64,000 bases of DNA from Bacteroidales bacterium UBA5219 (GCA_002412425.1 DHVB01000054.1:9245-73244), one strand, 5' to 3'; positions 19,353-30,701 are shown, numbered from the stretch's first letter. Numbers and translations: made by a program. The notes: generated by a model from the letters alone, not told the origin.

Positions 19353-20096
19353 ATGAGTCTAAAAAAGCATAACATATATGGAATTATAGCAGCTGTTATC
19401 TATACTATAACAGTTGTAATTTTGCTTTTTTTATTAGGCTTTACTACACCATTGCCTCTTCCCCCCGAAGAGGCTATACTGATTGATTTTGGGGGCGGTA
19501 ACATCAACGCCGGTGCTTCATCGTCCACAAATACTTCAAACGCACAAAACACCTCTTCTCAAATCTCTTCACACGATGGCGTGAACACTCAAGCGAATGA
19601 AGAAGCCCCCTTTATGCAATCAGGAACTAATCCAGCCGAAAATCCTAAAAAAAATGAAGACGAAACTGAAACCCAAGAAACTACAGCTCCAACAAATCCA
19701 AATGCGGATAGATTAAATAATCTATTCGGAGGTGGAGTTTTTGGAGGTGGCACAGGAAGTGGTACAGGTGGAACTGGAACTGGAGGTGGAAATCCAGGAT
19801 TAGGAACTGGTGGGTCAGGAACTGGAAGCGGACCAGGTGGAATAGGAGGAGGAATAGGAAATAGAAGAATCTTGAAAAAAGTTGAGCCTGTTGGAAAAGA
19901 TAATATGGTAGGAAAAGTTGTGCTAAAAATTATTGTTAACGACAAAGGAAACGTTACTAGTGTAACACTTGTGAGTACTAACTGTAATGAATGTGTTCAA
20001 CTAGCGATAGATGCAGTTAAACAATGGAAATATGAAGCAAAACCCGGAACTGGAGAGCAAACAGGTAATGTTACTGTAGAATTTAAACAGGTATAA
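19353..20096 (+). CDS. tonB: TonB-family energy transducer
   Basis: N-terminal TM, low-complexity Gly-rich linker, C-terminal GKVVLKIIVNDKGNV...AVKQWKY TonB_C-like domain. Confidence 0.82.
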   Translation: MSLKKHNIYGIIAAVIYTITVVILLFLLGFTTPLPLPPEEAILIDFGGGNINAGASSSTNTSNAQNTSSQISSHDGVNTQANEEAPFMQSGTNPAENPKKNEDETETQETTAPTNPNADRLNNLFGGGVFGGGTGSGTGGTGTGGGNPGLGTGGSGTGSGPGGIGGGIGNRRILKKVEPVGKDNMVGKVVLKIIVNDKGNVTSVTLVSTNCNECVQLAIDAVKQWKYEAKPGTGEQTGNVTVEFKQV

Positions 20097-20099
20097 AAT

Positions 20100-20747
20100 T
20101 TATTTTATTAAACCAAGCATAGCTTCAACACAGGCTTCAACACCCAACCAAACTTTATAAATATCATCAGCAAGCATATAGCAAGGATTTGTTACAATAA
20201 GATTTTTTGTATCAATTGCTACTTCGTGATAATCTTTATTGATATGTTTACCACCAACATGTTCTATGATTTTAGCAGTTGCTTTGTCTGTGCCAATTGT
20301 AACTTCCGCACCAAGTACCTTTGAAATAATTACAGGAGCAATACATAAAGCTGCTATTGGTTTTTTAGCAGAATGAAAATCTTTAACAACTTTTTCTGCC
20401 TCAGTATCAACAGTATAGTTTTCACCTTCATAAGCAAACGAAGATAAATTTTTTGCAGCACCAAAACCACCGGGTAAAATAAGTGCATCAAAATCTTTTG
20501 CTTTAAGTTCTTTTATATCTTTAATATTACCTCTAGCTATTCTTGCCGATTCAACCAAAACATTTCTAGACTCATCGCTAACTTCTTCAGTCAAATGATT
20601 GATTACATGATATTGAGCTTTGTTAGGAGCAAAACATATGTAATTTACTTGATTTTTTGATAAAGCTAATAAAGTTAAAGTGGCTTCGTGTATTTCACTG
20701 CCATCAAATCTACCACTTCCAGATAATATTACTGCAATATTTTTCAT
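20100..20747 (-). CDS. elbB: ElbB/ES1 glyoxalase (DJ-1/PfpI superfamily)
   Basis: DGSEIHEA, RNVLVESARIARG, PGGFGAAKNLS, CIAP. Confidence 0.93.
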   Translation of the reverse strand: MKNIAVILSGSGRFDGSEIHEATLTLLALSKNQVNYICFAPNKAQYHVINHLTEEVSDESRNVLVESARIARGNIKDIKELKAKDFDALILPGGFGAAKNLSSFAYEGENYTVDTEAEKVVKDFHSAKKPIAALCIAPVIISKVLGAEVTIGTDKATAKIIEHVGGKHINKDYHEVAIDTKNLIVTNPCYMLADDIYKVWLGVEACVEAMLGLIK

Positions 20748-20909
20748 AATTTTTAGTTTTTGTACAAAGATATAAAAAAAGTTGAAAAAATTGAAATATT
20801 AAAGCTTAATAATTTGAGAATAAATAAATGATTTTGTATTTTTGTTGATTAATAAAAACAACCTATTAATGTTTTTTACGTTATAAAACAGAATGTAACT
20901 TTTAAAATT

Positions 20910-23900
20910 ATGATTAAAAAAAGTATTTTTATTTTAAATATTTTACTTATTCCATTTTTGGGGTTTGCTCAAACTCATTTAAGTAATGATTTTGCAAGTC
21001 CAACAGAGATGAATGTTGTCAGCGAATGTAATTTCGAAACTTATACTTATAACCATAATTTTGGCTCTGATATACCAGAGTTAAAGTGTAATCGAATGTA
21101 TCCTGGAGTTAGCTCTTATTTTAAATTTTCAACTTTAGAAAATTCAAATTTAACTTTAAAGGTTCAGCTCGAAACAGAAAAATTATTTGGTTTAGCTTTT
21201 TATACTTTGCAAAACGGAGAATATGTTGAGTTAAAATGTGATACTTACAGGTCAACAACAGGCGAATTAAAGATTTATGAGGAAGAAGAGTTGTCAAGTA
21301 CAGAAATTATAGCTCGTTTTTGGGTTCTTGATGAATTAGGCTCTGGCAATGTTGATATTTGTTTATCAGATGAATCATTGCATATGCCTACTAAAGTTTT
21401 GCAAGTTAGTACAAGTCAATTTACTGTTCAGCAACTTGTTACAGAAGTTTTAATTACAGGTTGTTTAACAGCTTCTAATATTACTTTTTCGGGAAATCCT
21501 ATGCAAATAGGTTATTTTTCAAACGGAATACCTGGTCTTGATTTTGCTGAAGGAGTGATTCTAAGTTCAGGTGATGTGATGGAAGCACCAGGTCCAGATA
21601 CATATACTGCATCTACTAATGCTGGCGGAGGCGGTGATGCTCAATTAAATTCATTATTGTCTAGTGGCAGTACATATGATGCAGCAGTTCTTGAGTTTGA
21701 TTTTGTACCAGCTTCTGATATGCTTGAGTTTCAATATGTTTTTGCAAGTGATGAATATCCAGACTTTGCTCCACCACAAAATTATGGGTTTAATGATGTG
21801 TTTGGTTTTTTTATTAGTGGAGGTCCTGAAAATTATAATAATGTAAATATAGCTCTTATTCCTGGCACAACAACTCCAGTAAGTATTAATAACATTAATC
21901 CTGTAACAAATACTCAATATTATATTGATAATGAAGGAGGAGCAAATATTAATTATAGTGGTTTGATAACTACTTTTACAGCTTCAAAGCCGGTAACAGC
22001 ATGTGCAACCTATCATATTAAATTGGCAGTAGCTGATGTTGGAGATAGCTCGTGGGACTCGGCTGTGTTTTTAAAAGCAAATTCTTTTGCTTCGGGAGAG
22101 TCTTATACAGTTCAAAGTTTTAATGCTTGGTCATCTGCTTTGAGTGTAATGAGAGGTTGTACAAACTCTATTGAGTTCTGCAGAACAGATGCAACACCAT
22201 TAAATGAAGCTGTACCAGTTGAGCTATCTATTTCAGGTACTGCTCAAGCTGGCGTGGATTATTCTGAAATACCAACAAGTTTTGAAATTCCTGCAGGGCA
22301 AGAATGTATAACAATTGAGTTTGAAGCTTACGATACAGGAGTACCAGGTGATGTTACAATAATTTTAAATTTCGAAAATGGTTGTCCTTGCGATGATAAC
22401 GTTACTCAACATATCATAACAATAACTGATGCTTATGTAGTTACAGCAAATTTAACAAATGATGGTCCAATTTGTGCTGGAGACGCAGCAACTTTAACAG
22501 TTGATGTAAATACAGCTGATATGAGTTATATCGGTATAGAATGGAGCACAAGTGCTACAGGAGTAAATCAAATAACTGTGTCACCGACCACTACCACAAC
22601 TTATTCTTGTGATATTCTTTATCCTTGCAGTGTCCTTACGGTAGAAAAAACAGTAGTTGTTGTTGATCCTCCAACAGTTAATCTAGGTCCAGATTTTGAA
22701 GTTGAAGCTCTAACTACTAATCTTAATGCTGGTATGGCTCCTGGAAATACAGGTGTTTGGTCGGTTGTGTCTGGTCCAGGAAATGCTAACGTTTCACCAC
22801 CAAATAATTCAAATGCAACAGCTACAGTTGATGCTTTTGGAACTTATGCTTTTGCTTGGACAGAAACTAGTTTAGCACCAAACTGTGTTGCTTCAGATAC
22901 AATAAATGTAACTTTTTTCCATACTCCAACAGCAACATTCACAGTTTCGCAAACACCTTGTTTTGGTGATAATACGGGTATTACTTTCACAGGTGAAATA
23001 GTACCTAGTTTGGCTACTTTTCAATGGGATTTTGGAAGTGGAACTATAGTTAGTGGAACAGGTCAGGGTCCTTATATTGTAAATTTTGGAACTCCTGGAC
23101 AACATACAGTAAGTGTTACAGTTACAGAAGCTGATGTGTCTGTAGTTAATAGTATGAATGTGCATGTGCCATATCCACTTAGTGCAACGCTAACAGTGAA
23201 TGATGATCCTTGTTATCAATCTTGTAATGGTTCAGCAAGTGTGTCTGTTACAGGTGGTTCGCCTCCTTATGCTTATTCTTGGGGATCTAATTTTAATTAT
23301 ATTAACCATTTATGTGCTGGTGATTATGGTTTAACAATTACAGATAGTCATGCTTGTGAGTACAATACTCAATTTACTATTAACGAACCACCACTATTAA
23401 CACATGATTCAAGCTATTTCCACGTAAATTGTTATGGCGAACATAGCGGAAATGCAACAGTTTGGGCAGATGGTGGAACTCCTCCTTATGCATATTTGTG
23501 GAATGACGCTTATAATGGCGGAATACATGATGGAATTGCTGCAGGAATCTATACAGTAACCATTTCAGATGCTAATGGCTGTACTAATTTTGAACAATTT
23601 ACAATTACTCAACCTAATTTATTACAAGTTTTAACAACTGGTGATTTTGAAATTTGTGAACATCAATCTGTTAATGTTGTGGCACAAGAGTTGGGCGGAG
23701 TTGCTCCATATACTTTTTATTGGAATAATGGAGATGGAACAGGCTTTTCAGAAGGAGAACAAACCTTTACTGTAGTGCCTCACGAAGATGTTTTATATAC
23801 AGTTTACGTAGTAGATGCTCATGACTGTGTTAGTAATTATGCAACAACAGATATAACTGTATCACCCGAATACCACTTGACATTAACCGTAAATGATAAT

Positions 23901-25616
23901 ACTTGCTATGAAAGTTGCAATGGTTCTGCAGCTTTACAAATACAAGGTGGATTAGCACCACTAGATTTTTCTTGGGCTTCTGATGGTCCAAATTTAAACA
24001 ATCTATGTGCAGGACTATATACTGTTACAATAACAGATAGAATTGGTTGTAGAGCCGATACAATGTTTGTAGTTAATCAACCTCCTTTGTTGCAATTAAA
24101 TGTCCAAACTCAAGGCGCTAATTGTTGGTATTCTGAAAATGGAACTGCTACTGCTATTGTTAGTGGAGGAACACCTCCTTACAATTACATATGGTCTAAT
24201 GATGAAAGAACTGCTAACTTAACTGCAGCTCCAGGTACTTATCATTTGACAGTAAGCGATGATAATAATTGTAGAGTTTATGGTACTTCTGTAATTACTT
24301 CACCAACAAAAATAACAGCTTTAGTTTTAACTAATCCTACAATTTGTATTGGAGGAGAAGCATTTGTAGTTGGACAAGCATCTGGCGGAACACAACCATA
24401 TTATTTCCACTGGGAAGGTAATGACGGAAGCGTTTTTGAACATCATCAGTTTTATGCACATCCAACTCAAACAACAAGATATAACCTAACTGTAACAGAT
24501 AGTAGAGGCTGTACTGTTGATGGTTATCATGCTACAGTAACTGTTAAACCACCAATAACAATTGAAAATATTGGTAATAGCATAAATCATATGTGTGAAG
24601 GTGATAGTGCTTATATAGAATTGGATATTATTGGAGGTAATGGTGGTCCTTATTTAATTACAGATCAAGATGGACAAATAGTTGCTACACCAATGTATGT
24701 AAAACCTGACGTTACAACTGATTATGTGTTTATCGTTAGAGATATGTGTGAAACTCCACCTGATACAGCAAGAATAACAATTGAAGTAGTCCAAAATCCT
24801 GAAATAGACTTTGTTGCTGATATTTTTAAAGCTTGTCCGGGAGAAGTTATTAGCTTTACCGCTAACGATACTCTAGAAAAAGCTGATTATGTCTGGAACT
24901 TTGGAGATGGAGTGTTTGCTTTTGTCGAAAATCCAACTCATCAATATGTTGATAGTGGAAGATTTAATGTTAGTTTAGAAGTTAGAGACCAATATGGATG
25001 TAGAACTAAACATACAAAAAATCAATATTTACAAATCTTACCAAAGCCATATTCAAACTTCTCTGCTAGTCCATTAGTAGCAGGAATATTAAATCCTATT
25101 ATTAACTTCGAAAACCATTCTGAAGGAGCTTTAAATTATTTCTGGTATTATGGCGATGGTGACTCTACAATAAATTTTGCTACTCCTCAACATATATATA
25201 AAAATATTGGAGAGTACGAAGTTATGTTGGTAACTGAAAATGAGTTTAATTGTGCAGATACAGCGAAAAGAATAATTTTGATTAAAGATGAGTTTTCTAT
25301 CTATGCTCCAACAGCGTTTACTCCTAATGGTGATGGAATTAACGATTGCTTTAGAATTTGTGGAAATGGTATAGATAAAAATGAGTTTTTATTGAAAATT
25401 TATGATAGATGGGGAGAACTCATTTTTACAACAGAAGAATATGATCCTGATGCCTATTGCGATGCTTGTGGAAAAGGAGCTTGGGACGGAACTAGAGGAC
25501 ATCGCGATAAAGGCGATAAATATTTCCCTAATGGAATTTATTACTGGTATCTATGGTTCAAAGATTATGATTCTATAGGACATGAATTTAGTGGACATAT
25601 CCAATTAATAAGATAA
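20910..25616 (+). CDS. Large surface protein: choice-of-anchor L-like domain, SprB-like repeats, PKD domains, T9SS type B (gliding-motility-associated) CTD
   Basis: Signal FA|Q; DAAVLEFDF...SDEYP...NDVFGFF...DSAVFL; repeated GG.PPY.Y.W units; WNFGDG/WYYGDG PKD motifs; PTAFTPNGDGIND...IYDRWG...G.I.LIR. Confidence 0.88.
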   Translation: MIKKSIFILNILLIPFLGFAQTHLSNDFASPTEMNVVSECNFETYTYNHNFGSDIPELKCNRMYPGVSSYFKFSTLENSNLTLKVQLETEKLFGLAFYTLQNGEYVELKCDTYRSTTGELKIYEEEELSSTEIIARFWVLDELGSGNVDICLSDESLHMPTKVLQVSTSQFTVQQLVTEVLITGCLTASNITFSGNPMQIGYFSNGIPGLDFAEGVILSSGDVMEAPGPDTYTASTNAGGGGDAQLNSLLSSGSTYDAAVLEFDFVPASDMLEFQYVFASDEYPDFAPPQNYGFNDVFGFFISGGPENYNNVNIALIPGTTTPVSINNINPVTNTQYYIDNEGGANINYSGLITTFTASKPVTACATYHIKLAVADVGDSSWDSAVFLKANSFASGESYTVQSFNAWSSALSVMRGCTNSIEFCRTDATPLNEAVPVELSISGTAQAGVDYSEIPTSFEIPAGQECITIEFEAYDTGVPGDVTIILNFENGCPCDDNVTQHIITITDAYVVTANLTNDGPICAGDAATLTVDVNTADMSYIGIEWSTSATGVNQITVSPTTTTTYSCDILYPCSVLTVEKTVVVVDPPTVNLGPDFEVEALTTNLNAGMAPGNTGVWSVVSGPGNANVSPPNNSNATATVDAFGTYAFAWTETSLAPNCVASDTINVTFFHTPTATFTVSQTPCFGDNTGITFTGEIVPSLATFQWDFGSGTIVSGTGQGPYIVNFGTPGQHTVSVTVTEADVSVVNSMNVHVPYPLSATLTVNDDPCYQSCNGSASVSVTGGSPPYAYSWGSNFNYINHLCAGDYGLTITDSHACEYNTQFTINEPPLLTHDSSYFHVNCYGEHSGNATVWADGGTPPYAYLWNDAYNGGIHDGIAAGIYTVTISDANGCTNFEQFTITQPNLLQVLTTGDFEICEHQSVNVVAQELGGVAPYTFYWNNGDGTGFSEGEQTFTVVPHEDVLYTVYVVDAHDCVSNYATTDITVSPEYHLTLTVNDNTCYESCNGSAALQIQGGLAPLDFSWASDGPNLNNLCAGLYTVTITDRIGCRADTMFVVNQPPLLQLNVQTQGANCWYSENGTATAIVSGGTPPYNYIWSNDERTANLTAAPGTYHLTVSDDNNCRVYGTSVITSPTKITALVLTNPTICIGGEAFVVGQASGGTQPYYFHWEGNDGSVFEHHQFYAHPTQTTRYNLTVTDSRGCTVDGYHATVTVKPPITIENIGNSINHMCEGDSAYIELDIIGGNGGPYLITDQDGQIVATPMYVKPDVTTDYVFIVRDMCETPPDTARITIEVVQNPEIDFVADIFKACPGEVISFTANDTLEKADYVWNFGDGVFAFVENPTHQYVDSGRFNVSLEVRDQYGCRTKHTKNQYLQILPKPYSNFSASPLVAGILNPIINFENHSEGALNYFWYYGDGDSTINFATPQHIYKNIGEYEVMLVTENEFNCADTAKRIILIKDEFSIYAPTAFTPNGDGINDCFRICGNGIDKNEFLLKIYDRWGELIFTTEEYDPDAYCDACGKGAWDGTRGHRDKGDKYFPNGIYYWYLWFKDYDSIGHEFSGHIQLIR

Positions 25617-25650
25617 AAAACAGCTTTACACTAAAACCGCATTGCTAAAC

Positions 25651-26553
25651 TTAAGATCTTGGATGAAATGATATAATTGCTTCTCTTAAATATTCTCTAT
25701 CTATATGAGTATAAATTTCTGTAGTGCTAATAGATTCGTGTCCAAGCATTTCTTGAACGGCTCGTAAATCGGCACCACCTTCTATTAAATGTGTTGCAAA
25801 TGAATGCCTGAAAGTATGAGGTGAAATATTCTTTTCTATTCCAGCTAAGGCACAGGCTTCTTTTACAATGTTAAAAATCATAACTCTAGATAATTTGCTA
25901 CCACGGCGATTTAGAAATAAATAATCGTTATTGCCTTTTTTGGGGGTAATATGATTTCTAAAAGATTTAAAATAATTGTTAATTTCGTTTAAAGCAACTT
26001 TCCCTATTGGAACTAATCTTTGCTTGTTGCCTTTACCAATTACTTTTATAAATTCTTCATCAGCAAAAATATTCGAAATTTTTAGTTCAGCACATTCCGA
26101 AACACGTAAACCACAACCATATAAAACTTCTAAAATGGCTCTGTTTCTATGACCAAGGCTTGTACTTACATCTATAGATTTTATTATCAATTCAATCTCT
26201 TCTATTGATAAAACATCAGGTAATTTTCGGCTTAATTTGGGGGCATCAATCAATTCCGTAGGATTTTCTTCTATTAGTTCTTCAACTATCAAATACTTAA
26301 AAAATGATTTTAAACCCGAAATTATTCTAGCTTGCGATTTTTCATTTAAACCTTTTTGTGAAATATAAACTAAAAACTCATGCAAATCTTTTGAATCAAT
26401 ATTTTTTAAGTTAGAAGTTTTATTTTTTTCTTCAAGAAAATCGACAAGTTTTGAAATATCATCAAGATATGCCATTACTGTATTGTCCGATAAATTTCTC
26501 TCTAGTTTTAAATAAAATTTATAGTCGTTTAAAATATTTTTAAAAGCATTCAT
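25651..26553 (-). CDS. xerD: Tyrosine recombinase XerD
   Basis: GLRVSE, GKGNKQRLVP, HTFRHSFATHL, LGH, TEIYTH, FHPR end. Confidence 0.92.
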   Translation of the reverse strand: MNAFKNILNDYKFYLKLERNLSDNTVMAYLDDISKLVDFLEEKNKTSNLKNIDSKDLHEFLVYISQKGLNEKSQARIISGLKSFFKYLIVEELIEENPTELIDAPKLSRKLPDVLSIEEIELIIKSIDVSTSLGHRNRAILEVLYGCGLRVSECAELKISNIFADEEFIKVIGKGNKQRLVPIGKVALNEINNYFKSFRNHITPKKGNNDYLFLNRRGSKLSRVMIFNIVKEACALAGIEKNISPHTFRHSFATHLIEGGADLRAVQEMLGHESISTTEIYTHIDREYLREAIISFHPRS

Positions 26554-26607
26554 TGTTATAACTTAAATAATATTTTATATTTTTGAAAAAAAATATCTTG
26601 CAAGTTA

Positions 26608-27027
26608 ATGAAAATTTTAATAATAAACGGAGCAAATCTTAGTAATATTGGACAAAGAGAAGTAGAAATTTACGGAAAAGATGATTTTTTAGTTTATTTA
26701 GAAAGTTTAAAATCTGAATTTTATGAATTTGAAATTTCATATTTTCAATCTCACGTTGAGGGAGAAATAGTTTCAAAACTTCATAGTTCTAATGGTAAAG
26801 TTGATGGCATAGTTTTAAATGCAGGTGCTTTTTCTCATACTTCTGTTGCTATTCGCGATGCTATAGCAGCAATAAAAACTCCTGTAGTGATGCTTCATAT
26901 TTCAAATGTTTATGCTAGGGAAAAATTTAGAGCAAATAATATAATTGCACCTGTTTGTCGAGGAATAATTACAGGTTTTGGTTTGCTTTCCTACAAATTA
27001 GCTTTAGAAAGTTTTAAAAACTTATAA
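26608..27027 (+). CDS. aroQ: Type II 3-dehydroquinate dehydratase (divergent)
   Basis: NG.NL..IG.RE.EIYG, NAGAFSHTS.AIRDA, HISN..ARE.FR, GFG..SY.LAL. Confidence 0.88.
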   Translation: MKILIINGANLSNIGQREVEIYGKDDFLVYLESLKSEFYEFEISYFQSHVEGEIVSKLHSSNGKVDGIVLNAGAFSHTSVAIRDAIAAIKTPVVMLHISNVYAREKFRANNIIAPVCRGIITGFGLLSYKLALESFKNL

Positions 27028-27789
27028 TAAAGATTTTACCACTCTTAAATTGTGAGTATATCTTTTTAAATTTTTATTGTAAATCCCTTGATGGTCAATT
27101 CTGTCAATTCTTACTTTTCCTGAAGAATGAATAATTTTACCAGATTCATAAATTATTCCAACATGTATTATATTTCCTTCTTCATCGTCAAAAAAGGCTA
27201 AATCTCCAGCTTGTGCTTCGGAAATAAAATTGCATGTTTGTCCAAAATTAATTTGTTGAGACGCATCTCTTGGCAACTGGATTCCAACTAAAGAATATAA
27301 ATATTGCGAAAATCCCGAACAATCTAAACCCCAAGTTGTGCGACCACCCCACAAATAAGGCGAATTTAACAAATCGTGAGCATGTTTAATAATGCATTCA
27401 GCTTTGTTGTCAAAACTTAAACATTTAAAGTTTTTTGGAATTTGGTATTTATTATCATTTATGTGAAATTCTTTTTTGTTCTTTGGTAAAACAGCACCAT
27501 TAGGAAGCAGGATAGGAGTGTCGTTGACAGTAATCTCAAGTGTTTGATGCAACCTATACGCATTTTTAAATTCTTCGATTAATTTGTCTTCTTTATCCAA
27601 AAAAGTTAAAGTTGTGGTATCAACCCAGCCTTCGTAATCGTCGTGCAAAGTTCTAACTTTTGTCCAATCTTCTTTGTGTATTTGTATTTCAACCAACTCT
27701 CCGAACAACAGTTGATTTACCATTTCGCTCTTGTGCGACATTCCACTTCGTAGCGGAATATATGCTAGTTCACAAATTCCTATACGCAT
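27022..27789 (-). CDS. SH3b + NlpC/P60 (C40) peptidase, YkfC-like
   Basis: QLLFGE, PYLWGG, DCSG, PRDASQQ, HVG. Confidence 0.92.
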   Translation of the reverse strand: MRIGICELAYIPLRSGMSHKSEMVNQLLFGELVEIQIHKEDWTKVRTLHDDYEGWVDTTTLTFLDKEDKLIEEFKNAYRLHQTLEITVNDTPILLPNGAVLPKNKKEFHINDNKYQIPKNFKCLSFDNKAECIIKHAHDLLNSPYLWGGRTTWGLDCSGFSQYLYSLVGIQLPRDASQQINFGQTCNFISEAQAGDLAFFDDEEGNIIHVGIIYESGKIIHSSGKVRIDRIDHQGIYNKNLKRYTHNLRVVKSLL

Positions 27790-27907
27790 AATTAAAGCTT
27801 TAAAACTTTTTCAAAATTACATATAAATTCTGTGAATAAAGAAATAATTTTTTAACAAGAGAATTTTAATAACTCTGTCTAAAGTACTTGTTGAAAATTT
27901 AGTTTAT

Positions 27908-27943
27908 AAAAAAATCAGTCCAAGTTTTTATGCTTGGACTGAT
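27908..27943 (-). terminator. Intrinsic terminator after the PepSY-like lipoprotein gene
   Basis: ATCAGTCCAAG-N8-CTTGGACTGAT with a T-tract on the minus strand. Confidence 0.85.
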
Positions 27944-27971
27944 CTATGAACATGTATTTTAGACTAACTAT

Positions 27972-28424
27972 CTAGTTGTCAACTCTTAAAAATTTACCAC
28001 CTAAATCAAACACCAACTCAACATTATTTTGCAACTTAATTTCATAAGTTTTGTTTTCCTTTTCAATTTGAACAATAAATTGATTTGGATAGTTAGTAGT
28101 GCAGTAGGTGATGATTGATTGTGGCAATAAAGCTAAAATACTCGCTGGTACAGCTAAAGTTTTTCCATCTATATTTGTCCATTCACCAGATTTGTTAAAT
28201 TCTAATTCAAATCCATTTACAAGATCAATTTCCCAAGTATAGGTAGCGTCATCATAGTCTTTAAAAGCTCTAAGCACATCAACATTTGGGAAATGTGTAG
28301 AAACAAAATCTTGAACAGCTTTAGGAGTTTTCTTTATGTCCACTTCTTTATCTTTTTTACAACTAACACTTAGAGAAGTAGTAAGAATAAGTGCTAGCAT
28401 AATAAATGCATTTAGTTTTTTCAT
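27972..28424 (-). CDS. PepSY-like/BLIP-fold (DUF2874-type) lipoprotein
   Basis: Lipobox SVSC followed by KKDK; two repeats P..V..FV..HFP...EIDL.NG.ELEF...G. Confidence 0.8.
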   Translation of the reverse strand: MKKLNAFIMLALILTTSLSVSCKKDKEVDIKKTPKAVQDFVSTHFPNVDVLRAFKDYDDATYTWEIDLVNGFELEFNKSGEWTNIDGKTLAVPASILALLPQSIITYCTTNYPNQFIVQIEKENKTYEIKLQNNVELVFDLGGKFLRVDN

Positions 28425-28554
28425 ATTAATTTTACTTTAATTTGTTAAAAATATAATTCACTCACTTTTTTAATAATTTGTAACTTTTAAGTTAAAAACA
28501 AAATAAGCAGTCAAAAGTTTACTTTATGAACTTTAAAAACTTTAAATTTATAAG

Positions 28555-30687
28555 TTAGTCATTTAACAGTATTTCTAAAATAGCAATCGCAGCTTTAGAA
28601 ACCGAAGTACCAGGACCAAAAATTGCAGCTACACCAGCATCATAAAGGAATTGGTAATCTTGTGAAGGGATTACACCGCCTGCAATTACTAAAATATCTT
28701 CTCTTCCAAGTTTTTTAAGTTCTGCAATTACTGCTGGAATTAAAGTTTTGTGTCCTGCAGCTAAAGATGAAACACCAAGTATGTGAACATCATTTTCTAC
28801 AGCTTGTTTTGCAGCTTCTTCGGGAGTTTGGAATAGTGGACCTATATCCACATCAAAACCAACATCGGCATAACCTGTAGAAACTACTTTAGCTCCGCGG
28901 TCGTGTCCGTCTTGTCCCATTTTTGCAACCATTATACGAGGTTGGCGACCTTCTTTTTCGGCAAAAGTTTTACATAATTCTTTTGCTTTATTAAAATCAG
29001 GATCGTCTTTTGATTCTGAGGAGTAAACTCCTGAAATTGTTCTTATCACGGCTTTATACCTTCCTACAATTTTTTCACATGCATCAGAAATTTCGCCTAA
29101 ACTTGCTCGTTTTTTAGCAGCGTCAATTGCTAATGCTAACAAATTACCTTTACCTGTTTCTACACATTTGGTAATTGCAGCTAAAGCAGCTTGGCATTCG
29201 GCTTCGTTTCTTTCTGCACGTAGTTGTTCTAATCTTTTAATTTGAGCTTCTCTTACTGCTGTATTGTCAACATCAAGAATATCAATAGGATCTTCTTTTT
29301 CTAAACGATATTTATTTGTTCCTACTATAGTTTGTTCGCCACTGTCGATACGTGCTTGTGTGCGTGCAGCAGCTTCTTCAATTCTCATTTTTGGAATTCC
29401 AGACTCAATAGCTTTAGCCATTCCGCCTAATGATTCAATTTCTTCAATTAATTTCCAAGCTTTGTGAGCAATTTCATGAGTTAACGATTCAACATAATAA
29501 GAACCTGCCCATGGGTCAACTTGCTTGCAAATATTTGTTTCTTCTTGAATATAAATTTGAGTATTTCTTGCAATACGTGCAGAAAAATCTGTTGGTAAAG
29601 CAATAGCTTCGTCCAATGCGTTTGTATGTAAAGATTGAGTGTGTCCCAAGGCTGCACCCATTGCTTCGATACAAGTTCTTGCAACGTTGTTAAAAGGGTC
29701 TTGCTCTGTAAGCGACCAGCCCGAAGTTTGAGTATGAGTTCTTAGTGCAAGAGATTTTGGATTTTTTGGATTAAATTGTTTTACAATTTTTGCCCACAAC
29801 ATTCTTGCAGCACGCATTTTGGCAATTTCCATAAAATGGTTCATTCCCAATGCCCAGAAGAAAGACAAACGAGGAGCAAAAGCATCAATATCAATTCCAG
29901 CTTTAACTCCTGTGCGTAAATATTCAAGTCCGTCAGCTAAAGTATATGCTAACTCAATATCAGCTGTAGCACCAGCTTCCTGCATGTGATAGCCAGAAAT
30001 ACTAATGCTGTTGAACTTAGGCATATTTTGAGATGTAAATTCAAAAATATCGGCAATAATTTTCATTGAAAATTCAGGTGGATAAATATAAGTATTTCTC
30101 ACCATAAATTCTTTTAAAATGTCGTTTTGGATAGTTCCTGCAAGTTCTTCGAGTTTTGCTCCTTGCTCCATAGCAGCAACAATGTAGAAAGCTAAAATTG
30201 GTAATACTGCTCCGTTCATTGTCATAGAAACCGACATTTGATTTAAAGGAATTTGGTCGAATAAAATTTTCATATCCAAAATCGAATCTACTGCCACACC
30301 AGCTTTCCCAACATCGCCCACAACGCGTGGATGGTCAGAGTCATAACCACGGTGAGTAGCAAGGTCGAAAGCAACAGACAAACCTTTTTGTCCGGCAGCT
30401 AGGTTTCTACGATAAAAAGCATTTGATTCTTCAGCAGTTGAAAAACCTGCATATTGACGAATTGTCCAAGGACGCATAACATACATAGTTGAATATGGAC
30501 CGCGTAAATATGGCGATATTCCAGCAGCATAATTCAAATGTTCCATTCCTTTTAAATCATCAGCAGTATAAAGTTTTTTTACTGGAATTTGTTCAGGAGT
30601 CATCCAATTTTTCTCAGTAACAGATTTGTCTGAAACTGTATTCTGAGCTCTTGTCTTAATATCTATATTTTTATAATTAGGTTTCAT
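28555..30687 (-). CDS. scpA: Methylmalonyl-CoA mutase, large catalytic subunit
   Basis: [26 protein letters not shown]12-binding [15 protein letters not shown]. Confidence 0.97.
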   Translation of the reverse strand: MKPNYKNIDIKTRAQNTVSDKSVTEKNWMTPEQIPVKKLYTADDLKGMEHLNYAAGISPYLRGPYSTMYVMRPWTIRQYAGFSTAEESNAFYRRNLAAGQKGLSVAFDLATHRGYDSDHPRVVGDVGKAGVAVDSILDMKILFDQIPLNQMSVSMTMNGAVLPILAFYIVAAMEQGAKLEELAGTIQNDILKEFMVRNTYIYPPEFSMKIIADIFEFTSQNMPKFNSISISGYHMQEAGATADIELAYTLADGLEYLRTGVKAGIDIDAFAPRLSFFWALGMNHFMEIAKMRAARMLWAKIVKQFNPKNPKSLALRTHTQTSGWSLTEQDPFNNVARTCIEAMGAALGHTQSLHTNALDEAIALPTDFSARIARNTQIYIQEETNICKQVDPWAGSYYVESLTHEIAHKAWKLIEEIESLGGMAKAIESGIPKMRIEEAAARTQARIDSGEQTIVGTNKYRLEKEDPIDILDVDNTAVREAQIKRLEQLRAERNEAECQAALAAITKCVETGKGNLLALAIDAAKKRASLGEISDACEKIVGRYKAVIRTISGVYSSESKDDPDFNKAKELCKTFAEKEGRQPRIMVAKMGQDGHDRGAKVVSTGYADVGFDVDIGPLFQTPEEAAKQAVENDVHILGVSSLAAGHKTLIPAVIAELKKLGREDILVIAGGVIPSQDYQFLYDAGVAAIFGPGTSVSKAAIAILEILLND

Positions 30688-30701
30688 TTTTTAAGATTTT
30701 T

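Noticed and set aside
19728-19860. GGx-rich repetitive stretch
   Set aside because: Encodes the Gly/Thr linker typical of Bacteroidota TonB-like proteins; not a DNA repeat element
25651-26553. Tyrosine recombinase as a possible prophage or ICE integrase
   Set aside because: Size, motifs and position divergent from aroQ fit housekeeping XerD; no att sites or mobile cargo seen
27831-27839. DnaA-box-like TGTGAATAA
   Set aside because: Isolated single box in a short spacer; insufficient for an origin call
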